A stretch of DNA of 64,000 bases from assembly GCA_016779935.1 (NCBI GenBank), contig JADHMQ010000008.1, forward strand, positions 2,672-66,671, in the 5' to 3' direction. Position numbers and translations under genes: made by a program. The stretch is from Flavobacteriales bacterium (GTDB lineage Bacteria; Bacteroidota; Bacteroidia; Flavobacteriales; UBA7312). The notes under the pieces are model-generated. The model was not told the origin of the DNA. It searched no databases and was given only the letters and a program-made list of their open reading frames with translations. This document shows, one piece after another, positions 1-10,166 of this stretch. Numbering within the stretch: position 1 is the first letter of the stretch; each line of letters begins with the position of its first letter.

Positions 1-454
1 CGTTTAATATCCAATAGTCTCCTTCTTTAACAGCTGTAGTTGACATACCTCCAGAATCAGAGCCGGTATTGTGTTCAGTAAGTCCCCATGCGCCAATCCA
101 CTCTGCAGTTGCTAACTTTGGCAAGTATTTTTTCTTTTGTTCTTTATTTCCAAACTGTAGTATATGTCCAGTACATAAAGAATTATGCGCCGCCATAGAT
201 AAGCCTATTGAAGGGTCAACTTTTGATAAGTGTTCAATGGCAGTAACATATTCCGAATATCCAAAACCTGAACCTCCATATTCTTCTGGAACCAACACAC
301 CCATTAAGCCTAATTCACCTAATTTTTTAAATACTTCAATAGGGAATGTTTGAGAATTATCCCATTCCTTCATGTTTGGTATAATTTCTTTCTCAGCAAA
401 GGATTTAACCATTTCTGCTATGAGTTTTTGATTTTCATTGTAGTTAAAATCCAT
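1..454 (-). CDS. Acyl-CoA dehydrogenase (3' part runs off the window)
   Basis: Not in the ORF track; manual translation from ATG at 454 gives MDFNYNENQKLIAEMVKSFAEKEIIP...GELGLMGVLVPEEYGGSG...GAWGLTEHNTGSDSG, classic ACAD N-terminal and middle motifs. Confidence 0.92.
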   Translation of the reverse strand, partial: MDFNYNENQKLIAEMVKSFAEKEIIPNMKEWDNSQTFPIEVFKKLGELGLMGVLVPEEYGGSGFGYSEYVTAIEHLSKVDPSIGLSMAAHNSLCTGHILQFGNKEQKKKYLPKLATAEWIGAWGLTEHNTGSDSGGMSTTAVKEGDYWILN

Positions 455-457
455 ACT

Positions 458-985
458 TTAATATTTTATTAGCGATATTGTTTTGTTTGACTCTGAGTCA
501 ATATTTTTTCTTCCTTCTAAAAAAGAAAGCTCTACAACAAATAAAAACGCACTGACATTGCCACCGAGTCTATCTACTAATTTTGCAGCAGCATTGGCAG
601 TTCCTCCCGTTGCCAGCAAATCATCATGAATTGCAATGTTCCATCCGTTTTGAATTGAATCTGTATGAATTTCCACCACAGCTTTACCATATTCTAGATT
701 GTACTCCTCACTTATAACATCCGAAGGTAATTTACCTGCTTTTCTTACTGGTATAAATGGAATGTTTAATTCATTTGCCAACATCATTCCAAATAAAAAA
801 CCACGACTCTCAACACCAACAATGGCATCGATTTTCTGACCTTTTATCTTGCTTATAAATGATTCTATTACAAATGATGTTAATACTGGGTCTGCTAGTA
901 TTGGTGTTATATCCTTAAAAGAAACTCCCTCCTTTGGAAAGTCTTTGACTTCCCTAATTTTCTTCTCTAAAACTGTTATACTCAT
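458..985 (-). CDS. apt: Adenine phosphoribosyltransferase
   Basis: DFPKEGVSFKDITP, ESRGF, VRKAGKLP, and PRPP motif HDDLLATGGT. Confidence 0.96.
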   Translation of the reverse strand: MSITVLEKKIREVKDFPKEGVSFKDITPILADPVLTSFVIESFISKIKGQKIDAIVGVESRGFLFGMMLANELNIPFIPVRKAGKLPSDVISEEYNLEYGKAVVEIHTDSIQNGWNIAIHDDLLATGGTANAAAKLVDRLGGNVSAFLFVVELSFLEGRKNIDSESNKTISLIKY

Positions 986-1634
986 TAGTTGTGAAATAGT
1001 TTACAATTTTACGAAATTTAAGGGTGTCAATCAAGTGTAAATTATTCAGCTCATTAATGCTTTTATAAGCCCCATGTTCTTCTCGATAATTCACTATTAA
1101 TCGTGCTAAACTTGAAGAAATATAGGGGTGTTTTCGCAACTCATATTCTCCTATTTCATTTATATTTTTCTTTAATATACCCTTATCATCTACTACCAGA
1201 TACTTTTCAATCTTTTCATATCTTACGCTATCCATTTGGTAAACTTCTAAAATTTGTTTTTTGGTATAAAAACCGCCTAATAGGTTTCTGTACTTACAAA
1301 TACGCTTAGCAAAATACGTTCCTATTCCTGGTAATTGTTCAAAAGCTAATGTGTCCGCCAAATTGATATCAACTTCAATTGTGTTCTTTAATTTGGGCTT
1401 TATATTGTTCGTTTTTTTAGGGAATTGTTTTGAGCGAGAAAATTTCACTTTTTTCTCAACAACAGTTTTTTTATTCTTGAAATTCTTAATCTCTTTTTGA
1501 TATTGAGAGAAATCATATTCACTTATAGATTTATCTTCACTAATTTTCGTGAAAAAATGAATAGCTACAATGACAATGGATAAAGCTATAATAGCTCTTC
1601 TATTACTAGAGTTGTAATAAAAAAAGTTTTTCAC
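954..1634 (-). CDS. ComEA-like helix-hairpin-helix DNA-binding protein
   Basis: N-terminal TM segment; DINLAD..FEQLPGIG..AKRI..YR..LGGF and a second HhH block (IVNYREEHGAYKS); 32-nt overlap with apt. Confidence 0.85.
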   Translation of the reverse strand: MKNFFYYNSSNRRAIIALSIVIVAIHFFTKISEDKSISEYDFSQYQKEIKNFKNKKTVVEKKVKFSRSKQFPKKTNNIKPKLKNTIEVDINLADTLAFEQLPGIGTYFAKRICKYRNLLGGFYTKKQILEVYQMDSVRYEKIEKYLVVDDKGILKKNINEIGEYELRKHPYISSSLARLIVNYREEHGAYKSINELNNLHLIDTLKFRKIVNYFTTNEYNSFREEN

Positions 1635-1652
1635 GGCAAAATAGGTTAGTTT

Positions 1653-3164
1653 CTATTTGGTCTTTTTTATCTGTCCTGATTTAATTTTATTTAAATACTC
1701 TTTTAAATCGACTTTTACTTCACCTGATAAAATCAACAATCCTAAAATGTTAGGGAAGGCCATAGCTAAAATCATCATATCTGAGAAGTCTAAAACAGCT
1801 CCTAATTTCACGGATGAACCAATGATTATAAAAATCAAAAATATTAGTTTGTATACTAGTTCTGATTTTTTTGATGAACCAAATAGATACGTCCATGATT
1901 TTAATCCATAATAAGACCAGGAAATCATGGTTGAAAAAGCGAATAAGAATATTGCGAATACTAAAACATAAGGAAACCAAGATATAACGCTTTCGAATGC
2001 TTGAGATGTTAATTGAGCGCCTTCTACTCCTTGTACTCCAGACATACCGGTTACTATGATTACTAAAGCCGTCATTGTACAGATTATAACCGTGTCAATA
2101 AATGGCTCTAATAAGGAAACAATGCCTTCACTGACTGGTTCATTGGTTTTAGTCGCGGAATGGGCAATTGAAGCGGATCCTACTCCAGCTTCATTGGAAA
2201 AGGCTGCTCTTCTAAAGCCTTGAATAATAACTCCTATAAATCCACCAAATGCTGCACTTGGTGCAAAAGCTCCGTTAATAATCATCGCTATAGCATTGCC
2301 TATTTCTGAGAAGTGAACAATTAATATAATTGAAGCTGCAGCAACATAAAGGACTGCCATGAAAGGAACAATCTTCTCAGTAACTTTCGCAATACTTTTA
2401 ATTCCGCCAATTATTACTGTACCTACTAAAATAGCTAACATAAATCCAAACATCGGCCCGTTGCCTGAGAGCATTGGAAATTGCCCTGAGAGCTGGGCAT
2501 ATGCTTGGTTGGCCTGAAACATATTACCACCACCAAAAGAACCGCCAATACATAAAATGGCAAATAAAACAGCTAGTACTTTTCCTAAGTTTGAAAAGCC
2601 ATATTTAGCTAATCCATTTTTTAAGTAATACATCGGCCCTCCTGAAACTTCTCCTTCATCGTTAACCACCCTGTATTTTACACCTAGCGTACATTCCACA
2701 AACTTTGATGACATGCCTAATAAACCTGCTACAATCATCCAAAATGTTGCCCCTGGTCCGCCTACAGTAATTGCTACTGCTACACCGGCTATATTTCCCA
2801 AACCTACTGTTGCTGAAAGGGCAGTTGCAAGGGCTTGAAAATGCGATACTTCTCCTTCATCTTCTGGATCGTCATATCTGCCTCGTACTAAATCTATGGC
2901 ATGTTTGAAACCTCTGAAATTAATAAAGTTCATTTTTAAAGTAAAAAACAAAGCTCCAAACACCAACCATACGACAACAATTGGAATTGAAACATCAAGG
3001 TCTAATCCAAGTGCTGAAATAGGATCCCAAAAAATTACTTTTCCGATTACCTCAACAATTGGCTCAAAAAAGCTATTGATTTTATCTCCTAGATTTTGGG
3101 TTTCTTTAGCGAACAACATATTAGAAAATAATAGTGCCGACATTGTAATAAAAATTCTTCTCAT
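1653..3164 (-). CDS. Sodium:alanine/glycine symporter (AGCS family)
   Basis: FQALATALSATVGLGNIAGVA, GGPGATFWM, GGPMYY, RAAFSNEAGVGS, EPFIDT signatures. Confidence 0.95.
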   Translation of the reverse strand: MRRIFITMSALLFSNMLFAKETQNLGDKINSFFEPIVEVIGKVIFWDPISALGLDLDVSIPIVVVWLVFGALFFTLKMNFINFRGFKHAIDLVRGRYDDPEDEGEVSHFQALATALSATVGLGNIAGVAVAITVGGPGATFWMIVAGLLGMSSKFVECTLGVKYRVVNDEGEVSGGPMYYLKNGLAKYGFSNLGKVLAVLFAILCIGGSFGGGNMFQANQAYAQLSGQFPMLSGNGPMFGFMLAILVGTVIIGGIKSIAKVTEKIVPFMAVLYVAAASIILIVHFSEIGNAIAMIINGAFAPSAAFGGFIGVIIQGFRRAAFSNEAGVGSASIAHSATKTNEPVSEGIVSLLEPFIDTVIICTMTALVIIVTGMSGVQGVEGAQLTSQAFESVISWFPYVLVFAIFLFAFSTMISWSYYGLKSWTYLFGSSKKSELVYKLIFLIFIIIGSSVKLGAVLDFSDMMILAMAFPNILGLLILSGEVKVDLKEYLNKIKSGQIKKTK

Positions 3165-3167
3165 AAT

Positions 3168-4064
3168 TTAGTTTAGTTGTTGCTCTAATAATTTTAACCC
3201 TTCTTCAAAAGAGTGTGGCTCATATCCAAGTTCTTTATTGGATTTGGTAAGTATAAAACCTGTTTTGGGTGGTCGTTTAGCTTTTTGATTTAATGTTTCT
3301 GACGATATTCTGTTAATATTAGATTTATCGCAGCCATAAAAATCAGCCATTCGCTCAACCATCTCAAAAATACTCATAAAATCTTTTCCGGAAGCATTAA
3401 AAATTCCTTTAGCTTGTTTTTCTATTGCTAATACACACGCATTTGCTAAGTCTTCTGCTAGTGTAGGCGAACGAAATTGGTCATCTATAATATTAAGGGG
3501 CTTGCCTTCTTTTAATGCTTTTCTTGCCCATAAAACTATGTTGTTTCGTCGCAAGTTTTCGGCAGTTCCAAACAATATGATTGTCCGAAGTATTGTCCAA
3601 TTTATTTTTGAATCGTAAAGTAATTGCTCAGATTTTAATTTAGACAAACCATAATAACTTAATGGGTTTGGCTCATCATTTTCAGAATAAGGACCGTTCT
3701 CTCCATCAAAGATAAAGTCAGTTGAAATATGAATGAAATGGGAGTTATACTGATTACATGCATCTCTTAGATGCTCAACTGCTTTAACATTCACTTTATC
3801 ACACAGCTCCTTTTTTTCTTCACATCCATCGACATCTGTTAATGCAGCCGTATTTATAACTACTTCAGGATTAAAATTTTCAAAAGCGTTAAATATTGAA
3901 TGTCTGTCAGTAATATCAAGAGTTTGATACAAAAATCCTGAGGTATCGCTAATTAGACACTCTCCTATTGATGTTGCTAAGACTTCATGCTGATTTTTTA
4001 GAGCTATTATTAGCTTTTGACCCAACAGTCCGTTACTTCCGGTAATCAGAATTTTCTTCTGCAT
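3168..4064 (-). CDS. rfbD: dTDP-4-dehydrorhamnose reductase-like extended SDR
   Basis: ITGSNGLLG, HISTDFIFDG, PLSYYGLSK (YxxxK), DQFRSPT. Confidence 0.8.
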   Translation of the reverse strand: MQKKILITGSNGLLGQKLIIALKNQHEVLATSIGECLISDTSGFLYQTLDITDRHSIFNAFENFNPEVVINTAALTDVDGCEEKKELCDKVNVKAVEHLRDACNQYNSHFIHISTDFIFDGENGPYSENDEPNPLSYYGLSKLKSEQLLYDSKINWTILRTIILFGTAENLRRNNIVLWARKALKEGKPLNIIDDQFRSPTLAEDLANACVLAIEKQAKGIFNASGKDFMSIFEMVERMADFYGCDKSNINRISSETLNQKAKRPPKTGFILTKSNKELGYEPHSFEEGLKLLEQQLN

Positions 4065-4231
4065 TAATTAACTGATTTGGGTTTTATGAGATATAAAATT
4101 AGATATAGTACTATTGGCGAGCCGAAACCTAAAATTGCAGCTATTATGAATATTATTCTTATTCCACTTACATCAAGGTCAAATTTGTCTGAAAGCCATG
4201 AGCAAACACCTAATAATTTTTTTTCTGTCAT
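4064..4231 (-). CDS. PspC-domain small membrane protein (55 aa, below ORF-track cutoff)
   Basis: Manual translation MTEKKLLGVCSWLSDKFDLDVSGIRIIFIIAAILGFGSPIVLYLILYLIKPKSVN; GVC..L...F..D...IR..F and LYxxL PspC pattern; start overlaps the upstream stop (ATGA) and stop overlaps the downstream start (TAATG). Confidence 0.85.
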   Translation of the reverse strand: MTEKKLLGVCSWLSDKFDLDVSGIRIIFIIAAILGFGSPIVLYLILYLIKPKSVN

Positions 4232-5247
4232 GCTAAATTTAATATGCTATATAAATGATTAATTTGTTCGGTATTTGCTAGTACAAACAGCTTAGAATTA
4301 GGTAAAATTGGAGTATCTGCATTCGGATTTATTACATATTCACCTTCTGAAGTTTTGTATCCAATAATGTTGCAACCTGTTTTGTATCTAGCATTAATAT
4401 CTTTTATTGTTTTATTATGTAAATCTACTGGTAATTCCTCAAAAGAGATTTCATCTAGATTAATTTCAGCATCACCTTCCAGAGCTATGTTATCTAGAAA
4501 TTCAACTACATCAGGAGTTGTTACTAAGGAAGCCATGTGAGCTCCTCCTAATTTATCTGGCATTATGACATTGTTGGCTCCAGCTATTTTTAATTTGCTA
4601 TAAGATTCATCAAATGAGGCTCTGCTTATAATTGTTAGATCCTTATTTTTTTGACGTGCCGACAATACTACATATAAATTATCTGCATCAGATGCTAAAC
4701 TTGTTATTAATGCCTTGGCCTTTGAAATACCTGCTTTTTCTAGTGTTTCGTCTAAAGTGGCATCTCCATTTATAAATAAAATATTCTTGGAATCTCTAAG
4801 TTTTTCAATACGCTCTGGGTTATTATCAATAACTACAAAATCCTGCTCATGTGCAAATAATTTTTTTACAGCTTGCGAACCATTTCTACCATAGCCACAA
4901 ACGACCACATGATTTTCAATTTGCTTTACATCTTTTTTCACTTTGTAGTCCTTAAAATATTTATTAAACTCTCCACTAACTATATAAGTGGTTAGTACAG
5001 ATACCGCATAAGCAAATGTACCAAAACTTGTGATTATTAAAAATGTCGTGAACAATCTTCCTTCTGGACTTAATTCTCGGACTTCTTGAAAGCCAACTGT
5101 TGACAATGTGATTACTGTCATATAAACAGCTTCACTCAAAGAATAATCTTCAATATACATATAGCCAACTATAGCTATTGCAACAACAATAAATATGAAA
5201 AGTATGGCTGAATAAATTTTTGAAAAAACGTAGATACCTAATTTCAT
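4228..5247 (-). CDS. Potassium channel protein (2-TM pore + RCK/TrkA-N and TrkA-C domains)
   Basis: Filter TLSTVGF; RCK HVVVCGYGRNG, GDAT, DADN, AGANNVIMP. Confidence 0.92.
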   Translation of the reverse strand: MKLGIYVFSKIYSAILFIFIVVAIAIVGYMYIEDYSLSEAVYMTVITLSTVGFQEVRELSPEGRLFTTFLIITSFGTFAYAVSVLTTYIVSGEFNKYFKDYKVKKDVKQIENHVVVCGYGRNGSQAVKKLFAHEQDFVVIDNNPERIEKLRDSKNILFINGDATLDETLEKAGISKAKALITSLASDADNLYVVLSARQKNKDLTIISRASFDESYSKLKIAGANNVIMPDKLGGAHMASLVTTPDVVEFLDNIALEGDAEINLDEISFEELPVDLHNKTIKDINARYKTGCNIIGYKTSEGEYVINPNADTPILPNSKLFVLANTEQINHLYSILNLA

Positions 5248-5250
5248 AAT

Positions 5251-5469
5251 TTAAAGGTCAAAAACACTAGGTCTTTTTCGGTACTTAAAATGATTTCTTA
5301 CTCGCAGGATAAAAACCATTGTTAGATACACTAATGGTATTCCAAAGTTAACAAAGGATAGATATATAAAAAATAGCCTAACAAAAGAAGGTCTTAAACC
5401 TAATTTACTTGCCCACCATGCACTTACTCCAAAAAACTGTTTTTCAAAAAAATTATTGAATTGATGCAT
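5251..5469 (-). CDS. PspC-family small membrane protein
   Basis: FEKQFFGVSAWWASKLG....VRLFFIYLSF...YL, the Bacteroidota PspC-like pattern. Confidence 0.75.
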   Translation of the reverse strand: MHQFNNFFEKQFFGVSAWWASKLGLRPSFVRLFFIYLSFVNFGIPLVYLTMVFILRVRNHFKYRKRPSVFDL

Positions 5470-6736
5470 TATCCTTTAAGTAATTGATTACCGATGTTGC
5501 AATTTAAACATTTTTTGCTTTCACAATATTTTCTTTTTAGTTGCAATAGAGCTTGGGACTGAGCGGCAGATTTAGGGCTGATACTTATTGAAGAGTACTG
5601 TCTTATCACATAATTGTTTTCGGCCTTACATTCTTCAAGATATTGTATCGCTAAATCTTGAAAAGTTAATGCTGATTTTCGCTTTGAATATGCAAATAGA
5701 ATTGGACATATAGCATTTATTACTATTGAGTTAATGACTTCTTTTCCAAATGTTTTTTTCGTCTTACTGACTCTTTATTAAAGTGATAGTGTGTTAACCA
5801 ATATTCACTCACACTAGATTTAAACAACCTCCGTATTTCATCTAAAGTTTGAGCTTATAACACTTTTGAAAAAAGATGTGTGTTTTTATGTATAAGCATT
5901 GCTAATTGAGCCAATCTAACAGTTGGGAATGAAGATGGGCGTAATCGCATAAACATCCAGTCGGACTCTTTTAATTTCTTTAATCTATATTTATGTTTTA
6001 GAAATGAATATTCGTTTTTTAGTGATACGCTATAATCATCTTTGACTTTTTCTAAGAATCCTGCTGTACCAAATAGTAAAGCTTCTATTTGAAATATATT
6101 GTTTTTATGTTTTTGTAGAATGGATAATGGCAACTGTTTTGAAAGAGCTAGCATAGATGTTGAATTTACTCTCAAACCTATCGTGTAAAACAAAGCGTTG
6201 TAAAAGGTATTTTCCCAATTATTTTTATCAATCTCAAACTCTTTTATAAATTGAGATGTCTTTTCCTCCAGCCTTTCTACAAGCAATCTTTCCAAAAATT
6301 GATTGACTTGAAATGAATCTAATTCACCAATGTAAGGTTCACAAATAATTTTGGTTTTACTATTCATTAATTGCTCGTACCTTCCTAATAAACTCCTATC
6401 AACAATACTACATAACTCTAAACATGGAATCTCATCTCCTGATGAATTATAAACTTCTGTGTCGTGATTCCAAACTACATGAAGGATTACAGAATTATAT
6501 TTTTCGTTATAATGATGTCTATGTTTGTTCCAGTCAGAAGAGTTTAGATGTATCTCAATATCACCATTCCAAACCAAATTCTCTATTCTAATTTGTGATG
6601 ATTTGAAATCTGGACCAGCATCAAAATTGTGAACACCTACTTTTAAAATTGATATGCGTTGTTGTTTAGTAGTAAGTAATGAGTTAATATCAAAATGGCA
6701 GAATTGCCATATATAATGGAGAAGATTTTCATTCAT
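5469..6736 (-). pseudogene. DUF2851 family gene disrupted by an in-frame TAA and a frameshift
   Basis: N-part MNENLLHYIWQF..NFDAGPDF..GDIEIH..SSDW..VILHVVW..RLRPSSFPTVRLAQL ends at TAA 5855-5857; same frame continues (SEYWLTHYHF), then a one-base shift at the A7 run 5753-5759 restores FGKEVINSIVINAICP...AENN...SQALLQLKRKYCESKKCLNCNIG to TAA 5469-5471. Confidence 0.85.
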
Positions 6737-6751
6737 GGCTTTAAACAACAG

Positions 6752-7705
6752 TTAGTCTATCCGAATCATAAACGTATCTTTTGAGATAATAGAAAAAAGA
6801 CCATAGCCATTTTCAGAACCATCGTCATTTGTAAAACTGTTGTATACATTAACGGGTTCGGAGCCAAATATAGCACCACCGGCAGTATTGTTTTGTGAAA
6901 TTCTGGACGAATGGTAAGTGTAATAATCGTAATCTAGAGTTGATAAGCTAACTTTTATAGAGTCAATTTTTGATTCAGTACCTACTCCAAATTCTAAATC
7001 ATCTTCATAGTAATAATAATTCTCATAACTTAATTCAATTCGCTTTGTCTGTCCATTGAATAGCTGATCATTAAACATAACATTTCGTCCATACTCTTCA
7101 TCAAAACTTGCAGAGCCATTTGAAAGTGAAGGGTCGGAAGATTCAAAATAGATTGGCGAACTTACTACTTGAGGCTCTTCATTTTCATTAAGGTAATGGG
7201 TGTATGAAACTAATTTAAGAAGGTAAAAATTTTCTTCAGAGACATCGTCATCAAACTCAATTTCAATAAAACTTGTAACGTTTCCACTTGTACTAGTAGT
7301 TGTATGATTAACTGATTTTATTTCTGTTATTGAAGGTGCACTTAAAGGTTTTGAATTTAGCAAAGGATAATCAGCATGAAATACTCTTAAACTATATGAT
7401 TTATCAAATTCTGCAACTACATTGCTTTTATAAAGTTTTGATGAGTCAATATAAGTTAATGAATCAATGTATATTTCATTTTCAAATAATGTTACTACTG
7501 CGTCAGAATGAAACTCAAAACTCTCACTACTTAAAGGATCTAGAGAGTGAGATACATATACTTTAAATTTGTCATCAATTTTATTGGAAGAATTCACAAC
7601 TAATTTGGATTGATGTGGAGGGAGTTCCAAATCAATTACTGTTTGCATATCTTCACATGAAGTAAAAAGCAAGACTACCGAAATTAAACTAGTTAAAAAT
7701 CTCAT
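6752..7705 (-). CDS. DUF4249-like outer-membrane lipoprotein
   Basis: Lipobox LFTS-C followed by acidic EDMQTVIDLE; FNDQLFNG and EPVNVYNS..GYGLF motifs; directly downstream of a TonB-dependent receptor. Confidence 0.75.
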   Translation of the reverse strand: MRFLTSLISVVLLFTSCEDMQTVIDLELPPHQSKLVVNSSNKIDDKFKVYVSHSLDPLSSESFEFHSDAVVTLFENEIYIDSLTYIDSSKLYKSNVVAEFDKSYSLRVFHADYPLLNSKPLSAPSITEIKSVNHTTTSTSGNVTSFIEIEFDDDVSEENFYLLKLVSYTHYLNENEEPQVVSSPIYFESSDPSLSNGSASFDEEYGRNVMFNDQLFNGQTKRIELSYENYYYYEDDLEFGVGTESKIDSIKVSLSTLDYDYYTYHSSRISQNNTAGGAIFGSEPVNVYNSFTNDDGSENGYGLFSIISKDTFMIRID

Positions 7706-7708
7706 AAT

Positions 7709-10150
7709 CTAAAATTTAAATTTGTAGGTGATTGATGGAATTATAGGAAATAGGCTTACCTGCTTCGCTACTTTATTATTTATTATGGTATTGTTAACTA
7801 AGGTAGGTTCATTATCAATCCTAATAAAGAATGGGTTTTTTCTATTGTATACATTATAAGCTCCAATTGACCACGTTCGTTCGCCCCATTTTTTCTTTTT
7901 ATTAAAATTAAGACCTAGATCGAGACGATGATAAGAAGCCATTCTATAATTATTTCTAGAAGGATAATAATCAACTTCATTGACTTCTGAGTATTCAATT
8001 CCATTAATATTCCCTCCCATTCCAATTTCTGGATATCTAGCAGTACTTAAGGTTATATTATTTCCTGTTCCGAATACCCAAGTTGTACCAATATCAAAAT
8101 TCTCGTTAAATTTATGTGACATGACTATTGATATATCATGACGTCTATCATACTTGTAAGGATACCAATTACCCAAATTAATATTGTCAAATTTTCTTTC
8201 ACTAAAAGCCAAAGTATAACCAACCCATCCTGTTGTTTTACCTTTTTTCTTTTGAAAAAATAATTCTACGCCATAGGCTCTTCCCTGTCCGGATGTTTCA
8301 ACCTTTTCTTGCCAATCTTGAAAGCCAATAATTTGAGAGCCAGGTTTTAGAGTCATTAAATCAGACATGGTTTTGTAATACCCTTCTAAACTGATTTCAA
8401 AAAGTCCATTTTTAAGAGTATGATTCAAGGATATTGCCACTTGTCGAGAGCGTTGAGGAGGAACAGAGTCAGTACTTGGCACCCATATATCTATTGGTAG
8501 ACCAACACTAGTATTGCTCAGTAAATGAATATGTTGTTGCATTTGGGCATATGATGCTTTTACAGACCAATCTTTACTAATTATATACCTTGATGAAACT
8601 CTAGGTTGTAAATCAAAATATGATTTTCCATCAGTAAGAAAATTCGCAAAATGCAAGCCTACATTCACTTTCAATTGGTCATTAACTTTTATATCATCTT
8701 CTATGAATAAATAACTGTCATGACTAAATAATTCTCTTGAAAAGTTAAAGATTGTATCAGTTTTAGAATAGCTTACATTTTGAAGAGAATCTCTGGAATA
8801 ATTACTTTCAAAATAGTCTATAGCTCCTGGTGAAAAATGATGATAGGTATAATTTAATCCAAACTTCACATAATGATTAGGGTTTGGCAAGTAATCAAAA
8901 TCTATTTTAGCTCCTATATCTTTAATGCCTGAATAATAGGCAAATTGCAAGGAGTCTGAACTTAGTGTATTCTGATAAGTTTGTTCAGAATAGTCTACTA
9001 CATCAGTCTGAAATTTATACTTACTAAAGGTTGCTGTCGTGTTACTAAAGAGTTTATTGCTAAAAAGATGATTCCATCTTAAGGAGGATGTTAAATTCCC
9101 CCATTCAAATCCAAAATCAGTGCTGTAATTATATCTTAAATCGCTTTGCTGAGAATTTAACTTATCATCATCAGAACTATAACTTTCAGAGAGATAAAAA
9201 CGATCTTTACCAGAATATGCACTCAAGTACAACCTATCATTTTCGGAAATCTTATGATTCAACTTTGCATTCAAGTCATAGAAAAAATATCCTGCAGGAT
9301 TTCCATCATTCGACTGCCTAATAAAAGGTTGAGCTAAAATATCAATATACGTTCTTCTTCCTGAAATAATGAATGACGTTTTATCTTTTATAATTGGTCC
9401 TTGTAAAGTAAGTTTTGAAGATATTATTCCGACACTTCCTTCTCCTTCTATTTTTTTCATGTTTCCTTCCTTCATATCTATTTCTAGAACAGAGGATAAG
9501 CGTCCACCAAAACGTGACGGAAAGCCACCCTTAGTTAAGCGTACATTTTTGATTGCATCAGCGTTAAATACCGAGAAAAAACCAAATAGGTGAGACGCAT
9601 TATATACTGGAACACCATCTAAAAGAATTAAGTTTTGATCTGGACCGCCACCTCTAACGTAAAATCCACTGGTCCCTTCTCCTCCAGACTGAACACCAGG
9701 CAGTAATTGAATGGCTTTTAAAACATCTACTTCACCTAGTAGTGCTGGTATATTTTTAATTTGCTCTACTGGGACTTCAACTATACTTGATTGAGTTCGT
9801 TCAACAACTGTTTCTTCTCCAACAATTGTAACTTCTTGAATATTAGTAGATGAAGAGGTTAATTCGATATTTAATCTAATATCCTTATTAAGATTAATAG
9901 TTTTTGAAGTAAGCTCATACCCAATATATGAGAAATCAATATTTACTTCTCCTTCAGGAAGGGTTAAACTAAAAAAACCATATGTATTTGAGGTTGTACC
10001 TTGAAATTTTTCTTTCCAAATTACATTTACACCAATTAAGCTCTCGCCAGTTTCTTTGTCATTTACATAACCACTTATGGTGTGTTTTTTTTGTGAAAAC
10101 ACATTTAAACTTAGCAGAGTTAAGATTACTAAAAAAGAGTGTCTTTTCAT
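7709..10150 (-). CDS. TonB-dependent receptor with N-terminal carboxypeptidase-regulatory-like domain
   Basis: TISGYVNDKETGESLIGVNV; plug PALLGEVDVLKAIQLLPGV, VRGGGPDQNLILLDG, KGGFPSRFGGRLSSV; C-terminal YNVYNRKN..ITYKFKF. Confidence 0.93.
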   Translation of the reverse strand: MKRHSFLVILTLLSLNVFSQKKHTISGYVNDKETGESLIGVNVIWKEKFQGTTSNTYGFFSLTLPEGEVNIDFSYIGYELTSKTINLNKDIRLNIELTSSSTNIQEVTIVGEETVVERTQSSIVEVPVEQIKNIPALLGEVDVLKAIQLLPGVQSGGEGTSGFYVRGGGPDQNLILLDGVPVYNASHLFGFFSVFNADAIKNVRLTKGGFPSRFGGRLSSVLEIDMKEGNMKKIEGEGSVGIISSKLTLQGPIIKDKTSFIISGRRTYIDILAQPFIRQSNDGNPAGYFFYDLNAKLNHKISENDRLYLSAYSGKDRFYLSESYSSDDDKLNSQQSDLRYNYSTDFGFEWGNLTSSLRWNHLFSNKLFSNTTATFSKYKFQTDVVDYSEQTYQNTLSSDSLQFAYYSGIKDIGAKIDFDYLPNPNHYVKFGLNYTYHHFSPGAIDYFESNYSRDSLQNVSYSKTDTIFNFSRELFSHDSYLFIEDDIKVNDQLKVNVGLHFANFLTDGKSYFDLQPRVSSRYIISKDWSVKASYAQMQQHIHLLSNTSVGLPIDIWVPSTDSVPPQRSRQVAISLNHTLKNGLFEISLEGYYKTMSDLMTLKPGSQIIGFQDWQEKVETSGQGRAYGVELFFQKKKGKTTGWVGYTLAFSERKFDNINLGNWYPYKYDRRHDISIVMSHKFNENFDIGTTWVFGTGNNITLSTARYPEIGMGGNINGIEYSEVNEVDYYPSRNNYRMASYHRLDLGLNFNKKKKWGERTWSIGAYNVYNRKNPFFIRIDNEPTLVNNTIINNKVAKQVSLFPIIPSITYKFKF

Positions 10151-10166
10151 TGGTTTAAGTAAGTTT

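Noticed and set aside
69-353. 94-aa plus-strand ORF
   Set aside because: Antisense shadow of the acyl-CoA dehydrogenase on the minus strand
954-1634. ComEA-like gene as evidence of natural competence
   Set aside because: Routine Bacteroidota gene in this neighbourhood; no other uptake genes in the window
5855-5857. Stop-codon recoding of the in-frame TAA in DUF2851
   Set aside because: TAA is the normal stop throughout the window, RF1 is intact, and a separate frameshift follows
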